A stretch of DNA of 63,700 bases, counting the filler, from Octopus bimaculoides (taxonomy: Eukaryota): assembly GCF_001194135.2 (NCBI RefSeq). It is 5 parts of 5 records of this genome, joined end to end, with 100 filler letters (N's around TTAATTAATTAA, not from the genome) between each part and the next. Parts side by side here need not be neighbours in the genome. Positions count along the whole stretch, not along the records: positions 32,949 to 54,118 come from NC_068981.1; 4 more parts are not named here. One strand, written 5' to 3'. Made by a program: the position numbers and the translations under genes. This document shows, piece by piece, positions 38,879 through 52,329 of the stretch. The notes below the pieces were generated by a model, which did not search any database, was not told the origin of the DNA, and was given only the letters and a program-made list of their open reading frames with translations. Numbering within the stretch: the first letter of the stretch is position 1; every line of letters starts with the position of its first letter.

Positions 38879-39890
38879 CAGTACCGTGCAAAAGTCTTCG
38901 GCCATTTTAAACTATTATAAATTTCTACTAATTGCCAACTTATAAGTGGATGTTTCACATTGTGTTTCTTACAGATGAAACAGTAAGAGTCATTTCGACA
39001 CCTAATCATTATATTTTGTAGTAGGGGTTCATAATGAAAGGGGAAGATGTGGGACGACCACCAAAAATTGCCGTATAAAAGTTTTCGGCTACCTCACATA
39101 AACCAATCAAGATACAGTACTTTAAAAGAGAAAAATGTCTATAATGAAAATTTATTACATAATGTTCATTTCAAGAAGTTACTGTGCATTATTAATATTT
39201 CGTGTGGTTTCCCTCAGCTTGAACAATTGCTTCAATGCCCCTGGGAAGAGATGCGTACCAATCCTTCACCATCTTCAAAGGTATGAGATGCCATTCTCTG
39301 TGGCTGAGCTCCCACAAAACTTCAAGATTGCGTGGATTCTTCTGACGAACTCTTCTCTTTAGTTCTGTCCACATTTACTTGATGATATTTAAGTCAGAGC
39401 TCTGAGCTGGCCAGTCTTTCAATACGGTACCATCCTCATCAGCCAGACGCTTGTGTTGCATGCGATCTGTGGCATGGACCTCCGTCATGCTGAAAAATTT
39501 CACCTTCATCCAGTTCTGGTATCAAATTGTTCTTCAGCAACTGGATGTATTTGGCACTATTCAAGTTACCGCCAATTTTAACCAACTTTCTTGAACCATC
39601 ACTTTTTATGTATCCCCAAAAGCATCAAACTCTTACCCACAAACTTCAGTGTTTTCGTTGTGTTACGAGGATCGTTTCGCTTTCTAACAAGCGGGAATTT
39701 GTCAGAAGACCTTCAGGAAAGCGAAACAACGCAAGTTATACGATGAAAACAGTGAAGTTTAAGGGTAAGAGACTCATTGATGCTTAGGGGATACATAAAA
39801 AGTGATGGTTCAAGGAAGTTGGTTAAAATTGACGGTAACTTGAATAGTGCCAAATACATCCAGTTGCTGAAGCACAATTTGATACCTGAC
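38879..39890 (-). mobile_element. Tc1-family element, 3' part, with fold-back inversion at 39518-39886
   Basis: TA-cagtaccgtgcaaaagt terminus; FQHDGGPCH, WPAQSSDLN, WTELKRRV, GNHTKY*; same segment present on the plus strand at 39717-39886. Confidence 0.88.
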
Positions 39891-40432
39891 TTACATATAA
39901 CATACATACATACATATATCAGAATTACGTAATAATCGTAATGTCCATAATTAGCGGATGGGATATGCAAGAAGTTTGCAATAGCAAATGGTCGTACAGA
40001 GACATTACCATAAGACCGGCTCCTTTTCATCAGGAGAAAGAATTGAAGAAAGCAATTCACACAGTAAGTACGAGAGAATTAAATGTTGATGGAGGGAAGA
40101 GGAAGGAAAGGGGTAAAAGACAGTGAGAGAGAGAGAGAGAGGATTTAAGTGGCTTGGAGAGGAGTAGAAAGGTCGAGGAAGAACAAGGAGAAATACAAGG
40201 CGGGAGAGGGAAGGAAAAGTCAGTAGTTTGAGGAGCGAATCGAGGTAAAAGAGATAAGACGGAGACGGGAGGGGTATGCTGAGGTCAGTATGGTGGTCGG
40301 GTATGTCACTAAGCAGACTTTAAGTGAATTAGGGATGGTTGTATCTAAAGAGAAAGACAAGAAGAGACAAACAATAGATAAAATAGTGAAGGTGGGGAGC
40401 AGAAGAAGGGCTAGTAAGTTAGGGAGACACAC

Positions 40433-40557
<125 letters not shown>

Positions 40558-41289
40558 TTCAACTGAACGAAACCTGAGCTACTTATCTACGCCAACACCC
40601 CAGCCTACCAAGTGTATGAGTACCTAATATTGCGAACTGATGTCGCTGCATAGACAATACCGCAACTAACTGCCCAAATGGTAACAGATATCTACCAACA
40701 TCCTATCTGAGTACGTGGTCCAAAGAATAAGAGAATAAGAGAATAAGAGATCTGGTGTTGGTAACGCATCATTAACACCAGCTGACCTCAGCTGATCAAT
40801 TGAGGCCTAACATCTAGATGATATTTTGAATGTGTCCCAAATCCCTTACTCTCCTGATATTTATGAGACGGTTCCTACGAAACATTAAGTTACATGGGGC
40901 TTAGTCAAAATGTTACTAAATACACACGTGCGCGTGCATATATATATATATATACATATATTACATACATAATACATACATACATACAGTATGTGTGTGT
41001 ATACAAGTGTATATATGCGCTCCTGGCAAACATACATTTGCAATGGTACCACCGGAAATTATCTCTGACCAGTTTTTACCTAGACATAAAACACATTACA
41101 TTTAATTATGCGTAATGGATTTAATGGTATTATATAGTGGTAAATGACACTTGTGTCAATCATGCCTTTCTCTAAGATATTGATCAAAGCCTGGTGATAG
41201 AAAACGAGATAGCGGGTTCCTGTTGTCCCAAGATTTACTTATTTCCTTACTGTACAGTACTTTCCAATTTCTACCTCACTCACACATAC

Positions 41290-41346
41290 TTTAAACCATT
41301 TCATTATTTTGTTCCTACACTTCTCCAAGTCTGTCATCCAGTAATT
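41290..41346 (-). other. Candidate 57-nt exon (NYWMTDLEKCRNKIMKWFK, phase 0/0)
   Basis: Long pyrimidine tract ttttttttccttcttttttttcttcacAG and donor AAA|GTATGT; only frame 0 is open. Confidence 0.4.
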
Positions 41347-41576
41347 CTGTGAAGAAAAAAAAGAAGGAAAAAAAACGCGGCAGATTGTTCTCATTGTCTT
41401 GGAGCGATTATTGCTTGTTACGATTAACAGGGCCACCATAACCCGCCTTCACTTCTCTCGTTCATTTACAGTTTATCACATTATCTGAACCGAAAACTAC
41501 TAACATAAACACATACATACGCACATACATACGTACGTACATGCAAACATACCAACATATATATGTGTGTATCTGT

Positions 41577-41631
<55 letters not shown>

Positions 41632-41675
41632 TACAGAAGTGTGTATGCATAGACGTGTGTGTATATGTGTGTGCG

Positions 41676-41729
<54 letters not shown>

Positions 41730-42364
41730 TACACAGACACACATGAGCATACATAAGCATACATATACACATATATGCATATATATAGATTTGCCTATAT
41801 ACTCAAGCCTACATACGCAAACGGATAAGCACACGTGTAAATGCTCGCACACACATAACTATGTATGTGTGTGTGTGTGTGTACGTATGTATGTACATAT
41901 ATGAGAGTATATATACATATATAAATATATATATACACATACATACATACATGTATGCATACACAGATATATATACATACACATACACACATACGCAGAC
42001 GCACACATGCGCACGCAATACACAGGCTCGCCTGTGCGATTTTCTTCTTTCCGGTTATCTTCATCAATCCATCAATCTGTTAATGGATGACGTGGGGGTT
42101 GGAAAAAAAGAATCTTACACATTTAGCGTAAGTTAAATATTTATATTTATATATATCGTCTTCCTTTTATGTCCTTCGTTATTGTTGTTATTGTTGGTAT
42201 TGTTGTTGTTGTAGTTGTTTTAACGCTTTGTCTCTTCCATCACAACGATTCTGGGATGTCAGACATGAAGGGGTTTGGAAGCGACGAGGGCTCGAAAGCT
42301 TGCAGCTTTCTTTCTATTCTATCACAGATACCGACCAAATCCACCCTCACCATCCTTCTCTCTT

Positions 42365-42427
<63 letters not shown>

Positions 42428-42755
42428 NNNNNNNNNNNNNNNNNNNNNNNNNNNNNNNNNNNNNNNNNNNNNNNNNNNNNNNNNNNNNNNNNNNNNNNNN
42501 NNNNNNNNNNNNNNNNNNNNNNNNNNNNNNNNNNNNNNNNNNNNNNNNNNNNNNNNNNNNNNNNNNNNNNNNNNNNNNNNNNNNNNNNNNNNNNNNNNNN
42601 NNNNNNNNNNNNNNNNNNNNNNNNNNNNNNNNNNNNNNNNNNNNNNNNNNNNNNNNNNNNNNNNNNNNNNNNNNNNNNNNNNNNNNNNNNNNNNNNNNNN
42701 NNNNNNNNNNNNNNNNNNNNNNNNNNNNNNNNNNNNNNNNNNNNNNNNNNNNNNN

Positions 42756-42790
<35 letters not shown>

Positions 42791-42809
42791 ATATGTAAAT
42801 ATGTAGTTA

Positions 42810-42842
<33 letters not shown>

Positions 42843-42860
42843 CTCATGCATAAATATATG

Positions 42861-42891
<31 letters not shown>

Positions 42892-42942
42892 ATATATATA
42901 TATTTATATATGTATGTATATACTTATGTATGTATGTGTGCT

Positions 42943-42991
<49 letters not shown>

Positions 42992-43129
42992 GGGGCGGGG
43001 TTAGTAATTGGAAGATAGCATAGAATGAGGAAGTACGTAAATCTTGAACGACAGGAACTCGCTATGTGGTTTTTCAGTCATCAGCTTTTATGTACTAACA
43101 CTGAACTACTACCATAACAGTTATCAACC

Positions 43130-44281
43130 GTTAAATACCACCACTACCACCAACTCATACACCACTCATACTGCCACCGCCACCATTATCATCACAATAA
43201 CCAATAATAGCACTACAACCACCACTACGGTATCTATTGGCACTACCAGCTTTCTCCCAGCGCCACCGCCAATACTACCGCCCCTACTGCTGTCATCAAC
43301 AGCACCACCATTTCCAATACTATCATTGTCACTACCTTACCATAGTCTCTACCACTACCACCACAACTAATAGCAGCACCAATATCGCAACCTCAACCAC
43401 AACTACCATAACCACCACCTCCACCGGTACCATCTCTAACACCGTCGCCACCACAACCTCTACTACCGCCACTCGCATGAATATTGACACTTTGGCACTC
43501 CATCGGTTGCAACGATAAGGGTTCCTGTAGGTCCGATCAAACGGAACAGCCTCCTCGTGAAATTGATTGACGTGCAAGTGGCTGAGTACTCCGCAGACAC
43601 ACATACCTTTAACGTAGTTTTCAGCGGGGTTCGGCGTGACACAGAATGTGATATGGCTGGCCCGTTGAATTACGGGTGTTACTCATTTTTGCCATTTGGG
43701 TGGACGGCAGCAACGTGAAATAAAGGATCTTGCTTAAGAACACGACGAGTCCTCAGGAATCGAACTCACGAAGTTTCGACCTTGATCCGGATACCTTAAC
43801 CACTAAGCCACGCGCCTCCACTTAGCACAAACAAACAATACCACCGCAATGACCATCACCATCGCTACCGCCAACAGTAACAACTACAACAGCGCCATCA
43901 TCAACACCACCGTAGTATCCATCTCCATCGCCACCGCCGAAATTAACAATAGAACCATCATCATTACCATCAACACCAAAATCACCGTCACCCACAAACA
44001 CCATCACAACCACCGCCACCAACATCAACATCACCACCACCAAGAATCAGCAGCAGCTACCACGATCACCGCCACGCCACGAAACCACCTGATATCTTCT
44101 GATAACGTGTTCAATATATCATCATTGCGGTTCTTATCGTTGGTGTTGTTGTTGAGGAGGAGGAGGAGGAGGAGGAGGANNNNNNNNNNNNNNNNNNNNN
44201 NNNNNNNNNNNNNNNNNNNNNNNNNNNNNNNNNNNNNNNNNNNNNNNNNNNNNNNNNNNNNNNNNNNNNNNNNNNNNNNNN

Positions 44282-44352
<71 letters not shown>
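43130..44352. repeat. ACC/ATC-rich low-complexity tracts, (GAG)n and (GAT)n
   Basis: Direct; SINE B embedded at 43494-43819. Confidence 0.9.
43494..43819 (-). mobile_element. SINE family B variant
   Basis: ggcactccatcggttgcaacg 3' end; cttaaccactaagccacgcgcctcc head. Confidence 0.87.
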
Positions 44353-44353
<1 letters not shown>

Positions 44354-44422
44354 TAACCACCCAACTTTCTTCACCTTCACTAAACAGACCGTGCTGACAC
44401 ATATGTATCATTATCAGCACTG

Positions 44423-44814
44423 TGGAGGCGCAATGGCCCAGTGGTTAGGGCAGCGGACTCGCGGTCATAGAATCGCGGTTTCGATTCCCAGACCGGGCGT
44501 TGTGAGTGTTTATTGAGGGAAAACACACCTAAAACTCCACGAAGCTCCGGCAGGAGTGGGGTGGCGAACCCTGCTGTATGTGCTCTTTCATCACAACCTT
44601 TTCTCGCTCTTTCTTCCTGTTTCTGTTGTACCTGTATTTCAAAGGACCAACTTTGTCACATTTTGTGTCACGCTGAATCTCCCCCGAGAACTCTAAGTTA
44701 AGGGTACACGTGTCTGTGGAGTGCTCAGCCACTTGCACGTTAAGTTCACGAGCAGGCTGTTCCGTTGATGGGATCAACTGGAACCCTCGTCGTCATAACC
44801 GACGGAGTGCCACG
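44423..44814 (+). mobile_element. SINE family B, full length, 13-bp TSD
   Basis: tggaggcgcaatggcccagtggttagggcagcggactcgcgg; TSD attatcagcactg at 44410-44422 and 44815-44827. Confidence 0.94.
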
Positions 44815-44849
44815 ATTATCAGCACTGCTGCTACTATTACTACTACCAA

Positions 44850-44898
<49 letters not shown>

Positions 44899-45544
44899 TA
44901 GAACAACAACAGTAATAACAACTGCAACATCTCATCGTTATCGACATTATCATAATCTTTCGAAGCGAGCGAAGATCATCTACGATATGGTTGCTCGACC
45001 TACTAAAAATAGCTACCAAATTTACCTCATATCTCCTTTTTAAAAGGGAAGGACACAGTGAATAGTGTTCTCCTAGAAATATATAATATCTTTGATTAAT
45101 ATATAGCCATTGAATAAATAATCCTTTGAACTAATTATGTGAACAAGGTTTAAAATTTGGGGGAAGTGGGATAGTCGATCACATCGGCCCCAGTACTCAA
45201 CTGGTACTTATTTCATCGATCCCGAAAGAATAAAACGCAAAGTCGATCTCGGTGAAATTTGAACTCAGAAGGTAGAAACAAACGAAAAGACTCCTGCCTG
45301 GTCTCTTTCCCGCCAAATCCCTCTTAACAAGATCTCATTGTCTTCAATGGAAGAAGGAGATGCTGAAAAGTACAACATTATATTCAAATATATGTTTAAT
45401 CAAAAATCTGCTGTCATGATTGAGGCTGAAACCAAACAACAACAACAGTAGCATACGTAGCAGTACTATCATAGCAGCCAAATCTCCCTCAAATAAAGAA
45501 CCGGAAGTACCTATAATACAATCGAGAAAGGCCTGGGGCTAGAG

Positions 45545-45900
45545 AAGAACGCCATCTTGTTTGCCCGGTAGACGAGGTTGAAAGGATTCAAGGTGAACCC
45601 TGTTTCCCCTTTGGTCAAGCCCTCATCGACCTTTTCGGATTCCGCTTACTTGAAATGGAAAGTGAGGGCGAAGAGAGCCGTGGTCACTCCAAGAAATGTG
45701 GGTGACTGTGACAAAATCGTTTAGGGTAAATGGTCCAACTCGAAGCATGTGGCTGTAGATTGGCGAACAACAGTTGAGTGATGGCTTGTGCCTTGGTGGT
45801 CGGGTGGTCGAATGATCCTGGATCCGTGGCGTTCTTTGCTTAACTCTTTCTTGGAGACTCTCTTCTATCAGGAGAACTGCATCATTCTTGTATTCAGCTG
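45545..45900 (+). mobile_element. L1/Tx1-like ORF2 C-terminus and 3' UTR fragment
   Basis: TRLKG..FGQALIDLFGFRL(L)KWKVRAKR...WVTVTKSFRVNGPTRSMWL*, read across frameshifts. Confidence 0.45.
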
Positions 45901-46167
45901 TTCTACATAATATGTATACTTTTCTTGGTTTCTTTTTTTCTCTTCCTTTCTTCCTCTCATCTTTTATGTAAACATCCACACAGATTGTAAACTGTCCTTG
46001 TAATGTTCCCCTCATATGGTACCCCTGTGGCAAATGAAAGAAATTACCATCATCATTATTATTGATATTGTTGTCATCCTCATCATTATCGTCGTCCTCG
46101 TCGTCCTCACCATCATTATCCTCCTCATCATCATCATTTGGCCTTGTGCCAAAATTTGAAACCATTA

Positions 46168-46228
<61 letters not shown>

Positions 46229-47289
46229 CATTATAAACATTATCTTGAATTCGCTTGTTACACTACATTAGTCGCAAATAACATCTGTTAAACCCTCTCC
46301 AAGACTTCTTTTCAACTGCAAGTCAGATCTCGAAAGTTTGGAATAATTAATATGCGATGAGAGGAGGGTTAACAGATGTTGCTTTATGAGGTGATAGCAT
46401 TAAAAAGACGTGAAAGTGGGCGGCATAAGTTGTTTCAGCCAACCAAGTATAATGATGTGTGGTGTAACGAGATAACAGTTTATCTTTTCTATTTGTTTGT
46501 TTTTATTCAATAATTATCGTTTGAAGTATGTGTGTTTTTTTTTTTTTTGTTTTAATCCAAGTTAGTCAAGCGAAAAGACCTGGTGTCATTGATCTTTGAA
46601 GACACCTCCTAACCACACTTGTGAGATTGGTGCGGCTGGTGTTAAATCTGAAACATCTGCAGGTCAATGCTTTTAAGGAAAAACGTGGCTCATTCCGGAA
46701 CGGGATGCCTGGTGATTATGTTTACAAGAGGATGAACTGCGGTTAAGATACCAAAGGACCAGGCGGCGATAGTAAACTGGGTAACATGCAAAACACAAAC
46801 TTCCCGACTTGACTTTCTTTATATTTTTCTTGCGCCCTGGGACTTTACCGGTTCCCCAGTTTTCGTAGCGCATAAGTGACGGAGATTATAACGTTCCCCG
46901 CTGAACGAGACCCCGGTGCTTTGCAGAGTCTAAAATTAGCAATTTCTAGGGGAAAGGACACGTCGATTATATCGATCCAGTTACTACACTGGTGCTTTAT
47001 TCATAGACCCCGGATGAGTGGAATGGCACAGCTGACCTCAGCTGAATTTGAAGTCAGATCGTAAAACAGCCAATAGAAATGCCGTTAATCATTTTGCCCG
47101 ACGTGCTAGCGACTCTGTCAGCTTGCTGCATTTGCCAGCTTGACATGGTGACCGATAATTGTTAGATCAAATCGTATCTTTTGATATCTGAAACAGTTCC
47201 TATATTTCCTTCCAAGATGGGGGATATTCTTTTAGTTCTTTCAAACATTGGACCGTAGCCATGCTGCATCTAATCGTCACATTCAACAC

Positions 47290-47440
47290 CACTCACTACC
47301 ACATCGACTGTTTCCGCATAACGTGGATCCTTCCTCTGGAATTTCCTTCATGCATATGTGTTTCCTGCGGTCGTTGACTTGCAACAGTTTAAGCGGAACC
47401 TTAGTGACATCAGCCTCACCGGTCATTGCCCGTTCCTGGA
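47290..47440 (+). mobile_element. CR1/L2-group LINE 3' coding end
   Basis: SFLWNFLHAYVFPAVVDLQQFKRNL resembles the WNSLP..VFP..DL..FK terminal motif. Confidence 0.5.
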
Positions 47441-47984
47441 GACTAAACTGAGGAAAATAGAGATAAACAAAACCAATAAACTGGAATCAGCCGAATGAAA
47501 CTGGCATAACGTGAAATAAAGTATCTTGCTCAAGGACACAACACACCTCCAGCAATCAAACTCATGACTTTACGATCGTCAGCCAAATACCTTAACCACA
47601 AAGCCCCTTCACATGATATGTATATACATTACACAAACACAAGCACATACAAACAGCTAATACCATACAGACACACGGTTAATACCACAAACACCACACA
47701 CACACCACACAACCACCACACACACACACCACACAAACACCACACACACACCACACAAACACCACACACCATACAGACACACACACACAGTTACCACCAC
47801 ACGTACACACATGCCACCATACACACATACACACATACTGACCATTCTTCACACACTCCTGTCCCAGAAAGCACTTTCTCTTTGTCCTTCGACTTCCGGT
47901 CATTTCAAAAAATCTAACTACACCTGAACTGTTGCCGATGTTTTCCCTCCTTCTTTCTTTTCCTTTGGACTTTCATATGTTTCC

Positions 47985-48021
47985 TGTTTCCGAAGAAGAG
48001 ATATGCTCGAAACGTAAAACG
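47985..48021 (+). ncRNA. Degenerate minimal type I hammerhead motif in a Penelope-like fragment
   Basis: Stem I TGTTT/AAACG, core CCGAAGA (U4 to C), stem II GAG/CTC, GAAA, ACGT, GUA. Confidence 0.45.
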
Positions 48022-48116
48022 ACCACTCTTTTCCTTCTCTGAGCGTCTTATTAATACTTTGCATGTGCTACGTCCTCACGTTGTCGTTTCTTGCTTTTTT
48101 TCTGTTTTTTTTATAG

Positions 48117-48158
<42 letters not shown>

Positions 48159-48932
48159 ACACACATACACACGCATTCACATTCAGATAGATGTGGTATA
48201 GGAAAGAAGTCGTTCAGGTTCACTAGCTATTTATAGTGCGAAAAGAAAACATTATAGTGAATGAAAATGCAGGCAGCAGGAACAAAAGGCAGAATTATGG
48301 TTGGAGGAATAATGAGTAAGATATAGAAGTCAAAGTTGCAAGGAGATGGTGGATTTGAAATAACAACTGACAGAGCTGGACCGAGTATGGGTGGACGGAT
48401 GGTCAGATAGACAGATAAAAGTAACAGGGTATCTGATTGTAAGCTACTTTTTCAGTAAGACGTTACTGTAAAGAGAGACTGTGAATAAGTGTGGGCGAAA
48501 GAGAGAGACGTTTGTAATGTAGAATCTTGAAGAGGAAGTAATATTTTAAATATTAGTTAAGCACTAAATTTTAATGTGTGTGTGTATGTGTGTGTGCGTG
48601 AAAAATACTAAAAATACTAAAAATATATGACAAACACACACTGAATTAAACATGGCGGAATTTATAATCAAAGGTTTATTTTAAATACTTCGTTTCAAAA
48701 CCAACAAGTCTATTATACCACATAGTTTAATACTCACTGAAGCATTCGTTGAATATACAAAATATTCTACATAGACTTTCTTTCTTTTTCAATTCTTATC
48801 GTTTTGTTTTTTGTTTAAACCTAAAAAAAAGCTATACTTTATGACGCTCCACCCCCCCCCCTAAAAAAAGCGCTACTTCAAACACCTGGAGGAAGTTTAC
48901 TCCCCCTCACCAAGTGAGGAATATTTACTTAC

Positions 48933-49330
48933 CACCGCAGTACGTGCAACATTACCACTCAATATCTAAAGGAGCCCTTCGTTCATCACACAACCGGAAA
49001 GCTGTCCTAAGCCACAACATCACCTTTTGGTTCTTTCTTGCCAAGAGGTTCACTAATAGCTCTGCAGAATTTTTCTACGACTCACTTCTCAAACAAGCTA
49101 TCTCTGAAAGAAAGACACTCGCTGGAGAAATATTTGCTGTCCGTTTCGCTTTCAGCTTTATACTGCATGCATTCAATAAATGCACTAAACTCCACCGCGT
49201 ATACGCAGTCCCAACGTGAAAAAGCTCTTCTGTTCGCTCCAGTCAAACAACAGGACAATGTCTCTGACAGTGTCCTTTTAACCATTTTCATACAATGTTT
49301 CCACACCTCTCACAGATTGGCTCATAATCT
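48933..49330 (-). other. Possible non-coding first exon
   Basis: Donor GTG|GTAAGT at 48932; unique sequence directly downstream (on minus) of a (GA)n tract; 5' boundary is a guess. Confidence 0.2.
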
Positions 49331-49399
49331 CACCAAACTATTCGCTCTTTGTCTCTCTCTCTCGCTCCCTCTCGCTCCCTCTCCCTCCCTTTGCTTCTT

Positions 49400-49459
<60 letters not shown>

Positions 49460-50280
49460 ACTCTCTGTTATCCCAAGCTTCCTCTCAGCCTACACTATAT
49501 CAATATCGTGCTTTTTTTCTGACCCATCGTATATCAAACATGACATATCTCTGCCCATATTATGGAACTAGTTATTCCCCCCACACACACACACACACAC
49601 ATACAGACATACGCACCTAACAAGACACACTTCTATACAAACGTATCCCTTCACAGTTTAACGTTATGTACACAAGCCTCACCTATATTCAAATTAGTCA
49701 ACTTTTGTCAAATCTACCCTTTCTTCAGAAACAATGACCTCAACAGAGACATGCGCTTTGCATAGCACAGCACAACGACACAATCGCAGCGCCAGATACT
49801 ACTTCAGCCTTGATCAGTTTCTACTCTACTACAAAGGTCTCAACCGGAGACCATATGACCCTTGGGGTTCTATGTAAGGTTTTGTTAAAATTTACGTGCA
49901 ATAAATTGGCTAGATTTCTATTATAGTCAAAATATTTTAGCAATTTTTTAATACAATTCCTAATAATATTTAATTATAAAAATATAAGGATTTAAAAGAA
50001 TACATCGAATGGCTGTGAGGATCCCGTAGAGATAAGAACCACAGGGGTCCACAGGCAAAAATAGTTTGATAACCGCTGGACTATTCTCACATGTTTACTA
50101 TCGTACATACAAACATGCTATATCACATGGAAAATAAGCCTTCTTGACTGACTGACTGACAACATTTCACCCGACAACTTTTATAGTTACTAAACTAGCT
50201 GTCTGCAAGACCTTTCTCATTCATCCTATACTTCGCACTTTACTCCGCTCGTCACCCGTATTGTGTAATTATCTCTCGTG

Positions 50281-50796
50281 AAGGGGTATGGTTTGGTGGT
50301 TAAGGTATTCGGCCCACAAAGTTGTGAGTTCGATTCCCGGCGGCACGTTGCGTCGTTTGAACAAAACATTTTATTTCTTGTTGCTTCAGTCAAGTCATCT
50401 GGCAAAAATGAGCACTACCTGTATTTCAAAAGGCCGACCTTGTCACATTCTGTGTCACGCTGAGTCTTGTCACATTCTGTGTCATGCTGAATCTTGTCAC
50501 ATTCTGTGTCATGCTGAATCTTGTCACATTCTGTGTCATGCTGAATCTTGTCACATTGTGTCACGCTGAATCTTGTCACATTCTGTGTCACGCTGAGTCT
50601 TGTCACATTCTGTGTCATGCTGAATCTTGTCACATTCTGTGTCACGCAGAATCTTGTCACATTCTGAGTCACGCTGAATCTCTCTGAGAACTATGCTAAG
50701 GCCAAGCGCTCAGCCACTTGCACGTTAATTCCACGAGCAAGTATTTCCGTTGATCGGATCAACTTGAACCCTCGTCGTTGTAACCGACGGAGTGCC
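50281..50796 (+). mobile_element. SINE family B-like copy carrying an internal minisatellite
   Basis: tRNA-like head ggtggttaaggtattcgg...gttcgattcccgg; 3' cgtcgttgtaaccgacggagtgcc. Confidence 0.88.
50438..50678. repeat. 27-bp minisatellite, 9 units (one of 25 bp)
   Basis: tcttgtcacattctgtgtcaYgctgaR with no spacers. Confidence 0.96.
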
Positions 50797-50869
50797 AGTA
50801 TCACCTCTCATCTCTTTCAGTAAACACTTTACCAACCACGTTTCCCCAATAAACATTCGATTCTGTTGT

Positions 50870-51215
50870 ACCTTTTGTATCACAACCGGGACATTTTCCC
50901 TACAGATAACACCGTAAATAGTATTAGCAACAATAGTATTAGTCGAAACTCAAAGGAGGACACCTGCTGAGGATGTGGAGGATATAGTCAACACTGATAT
51001 GACACAACCGATATTTCCTATCACAACGTAGAGGCTTGAAGGTATCTTTATCTCTTTTATTGATTAAGTCGTTAGTAGCTACCTCCTGTTCCTGAATGGT
51101 GAAGACGTATGTATCCTTCTAAGCAGGATGTGTTGTATTTATCACAATCTAAGAGAAGCCACACTTCCTGACAATATTGTTAGCATCCTCAAGTTTGCGG
51201 GATTGCTAATAGGAT
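50870..51215 (-). mobile_element. R4/Dong-like LINE remnant (CCHC region)
   Basis: YVFTIQEQEVATNDLINKRDKD...CDRKYRLCHISVDYILHILSRCP. Confidence 0.6.
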
Positions 51216-51263
51216 TAATATTTCTCCACCATGTTTCTGTTTAAGTATATTAAATCCAACTAT

Positions 51264-51708
51264 AGATTGGTGAGATGGCAGAATCATTAGCACACCGGGC
51301 GAAATGTTTAGCGGCATTTCGTCCGTTTTTACGTTCTGAGTTCAAATTCGGCTGAGGTCAACTTTGCTTTTCATCCTTTCAGTGTCGAATAAATATGTAC
51401 TCCTTGAGCACTGAGGTCAATGTAATCGACTTGCACCCTCCCCCTCAATTGCTGGCGCTGTGCCAAAATTTGAAACTAATACTAAGTCCAGTTATGAGGC
51501 GGTGAGCTGGCAGAATCGTTACCGCGCCGGGAAAAATGCCTAGCGGTGTTGCTTCCGACTTAACGTTCTGAGTTCAAATGCCGCCGGGGTCGACATTGTC
51601 TTTCATCCTTTCGAGGTCGATAAAATAAGTACCAGTTGAACACTGGGATTGATGTAATCAACTTATCCCTTGCACCGAAATTGCTGGCCTTGTTCCAAAA
51701 TTGGAAAG
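51264..51708 (+). mobile_element. Two tandem SINE family A copies
   Basis: Heads at about 51264 and 51497; both end ggc..tgtKccaaaattKgaaa. Confidence 0.9.
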
Positions 51709-52049
51709 CAATATCCAGCTACCCTTGGATTACATGAAAGGCACACTCATTCGGCGTCCCTAACTTATTCTCGTGACGTTGTTATTTTCACCGCTGAGGA
51801 TATGTCTGATGGTATTTCTTCATATCTATACTCAAAAATAGTTACACATCTCGGCATATACATCTGTACTTATATGTTAAACTTTTGGAAAGTTTTACAT
51901 ATTCAGACAGTTCCGCTAATGGCTTGTATCTGTAGTTTTCTACTTAGCTTTCTCCTTTCTAGCTAAAGATCGATGCGGAGGTAACTTTTACATAGCCTAG
52001 TACCCCGGTAATTACGGGTGTAAATCTGAATGCTGTATGATCCTACGTG

Positions 52050-52060
52050 TATACGTACGT

Positions 52061-52119
<59 letters not shown>

Positions 52120-52280
52120 TCCGTCGCCATGACTTAACAACCGTAACTTAGCAGATTGGCAAAAAGTGACCTATAGAATAAGAGGTTTTTAAAAATAAGT
52201 AGTAGAGTCGACTTTTTCATCTAAACCCTTGCAAGAGGTGCCCCAGCATGGCCACAATCTAATGACTGAAACAAGTAATA
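52050..52280 (+). mobile_element. SINE family C, 3' half after (GT)n
   Basis: gtaacttagc...ccagcatggccacaatctaatgactgaaacaagtaa. Confidence 0.8.
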
Positions 52281-52290
52281 TATAACACAT

Positions 52291-52329
<39 letters not shown>

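Noticed and set aside
49832-50078. Charlie-like MITE
   Set aside because: Only the right end resembles a TIR and there is no matching TSD; at most a remnant
50438-50678. CRISPR-like array or CHILCHAES repeat protein
   Set aside because: Units are contiguous with no spacers, there are no cas genes, and the unit derives from a SINE segment
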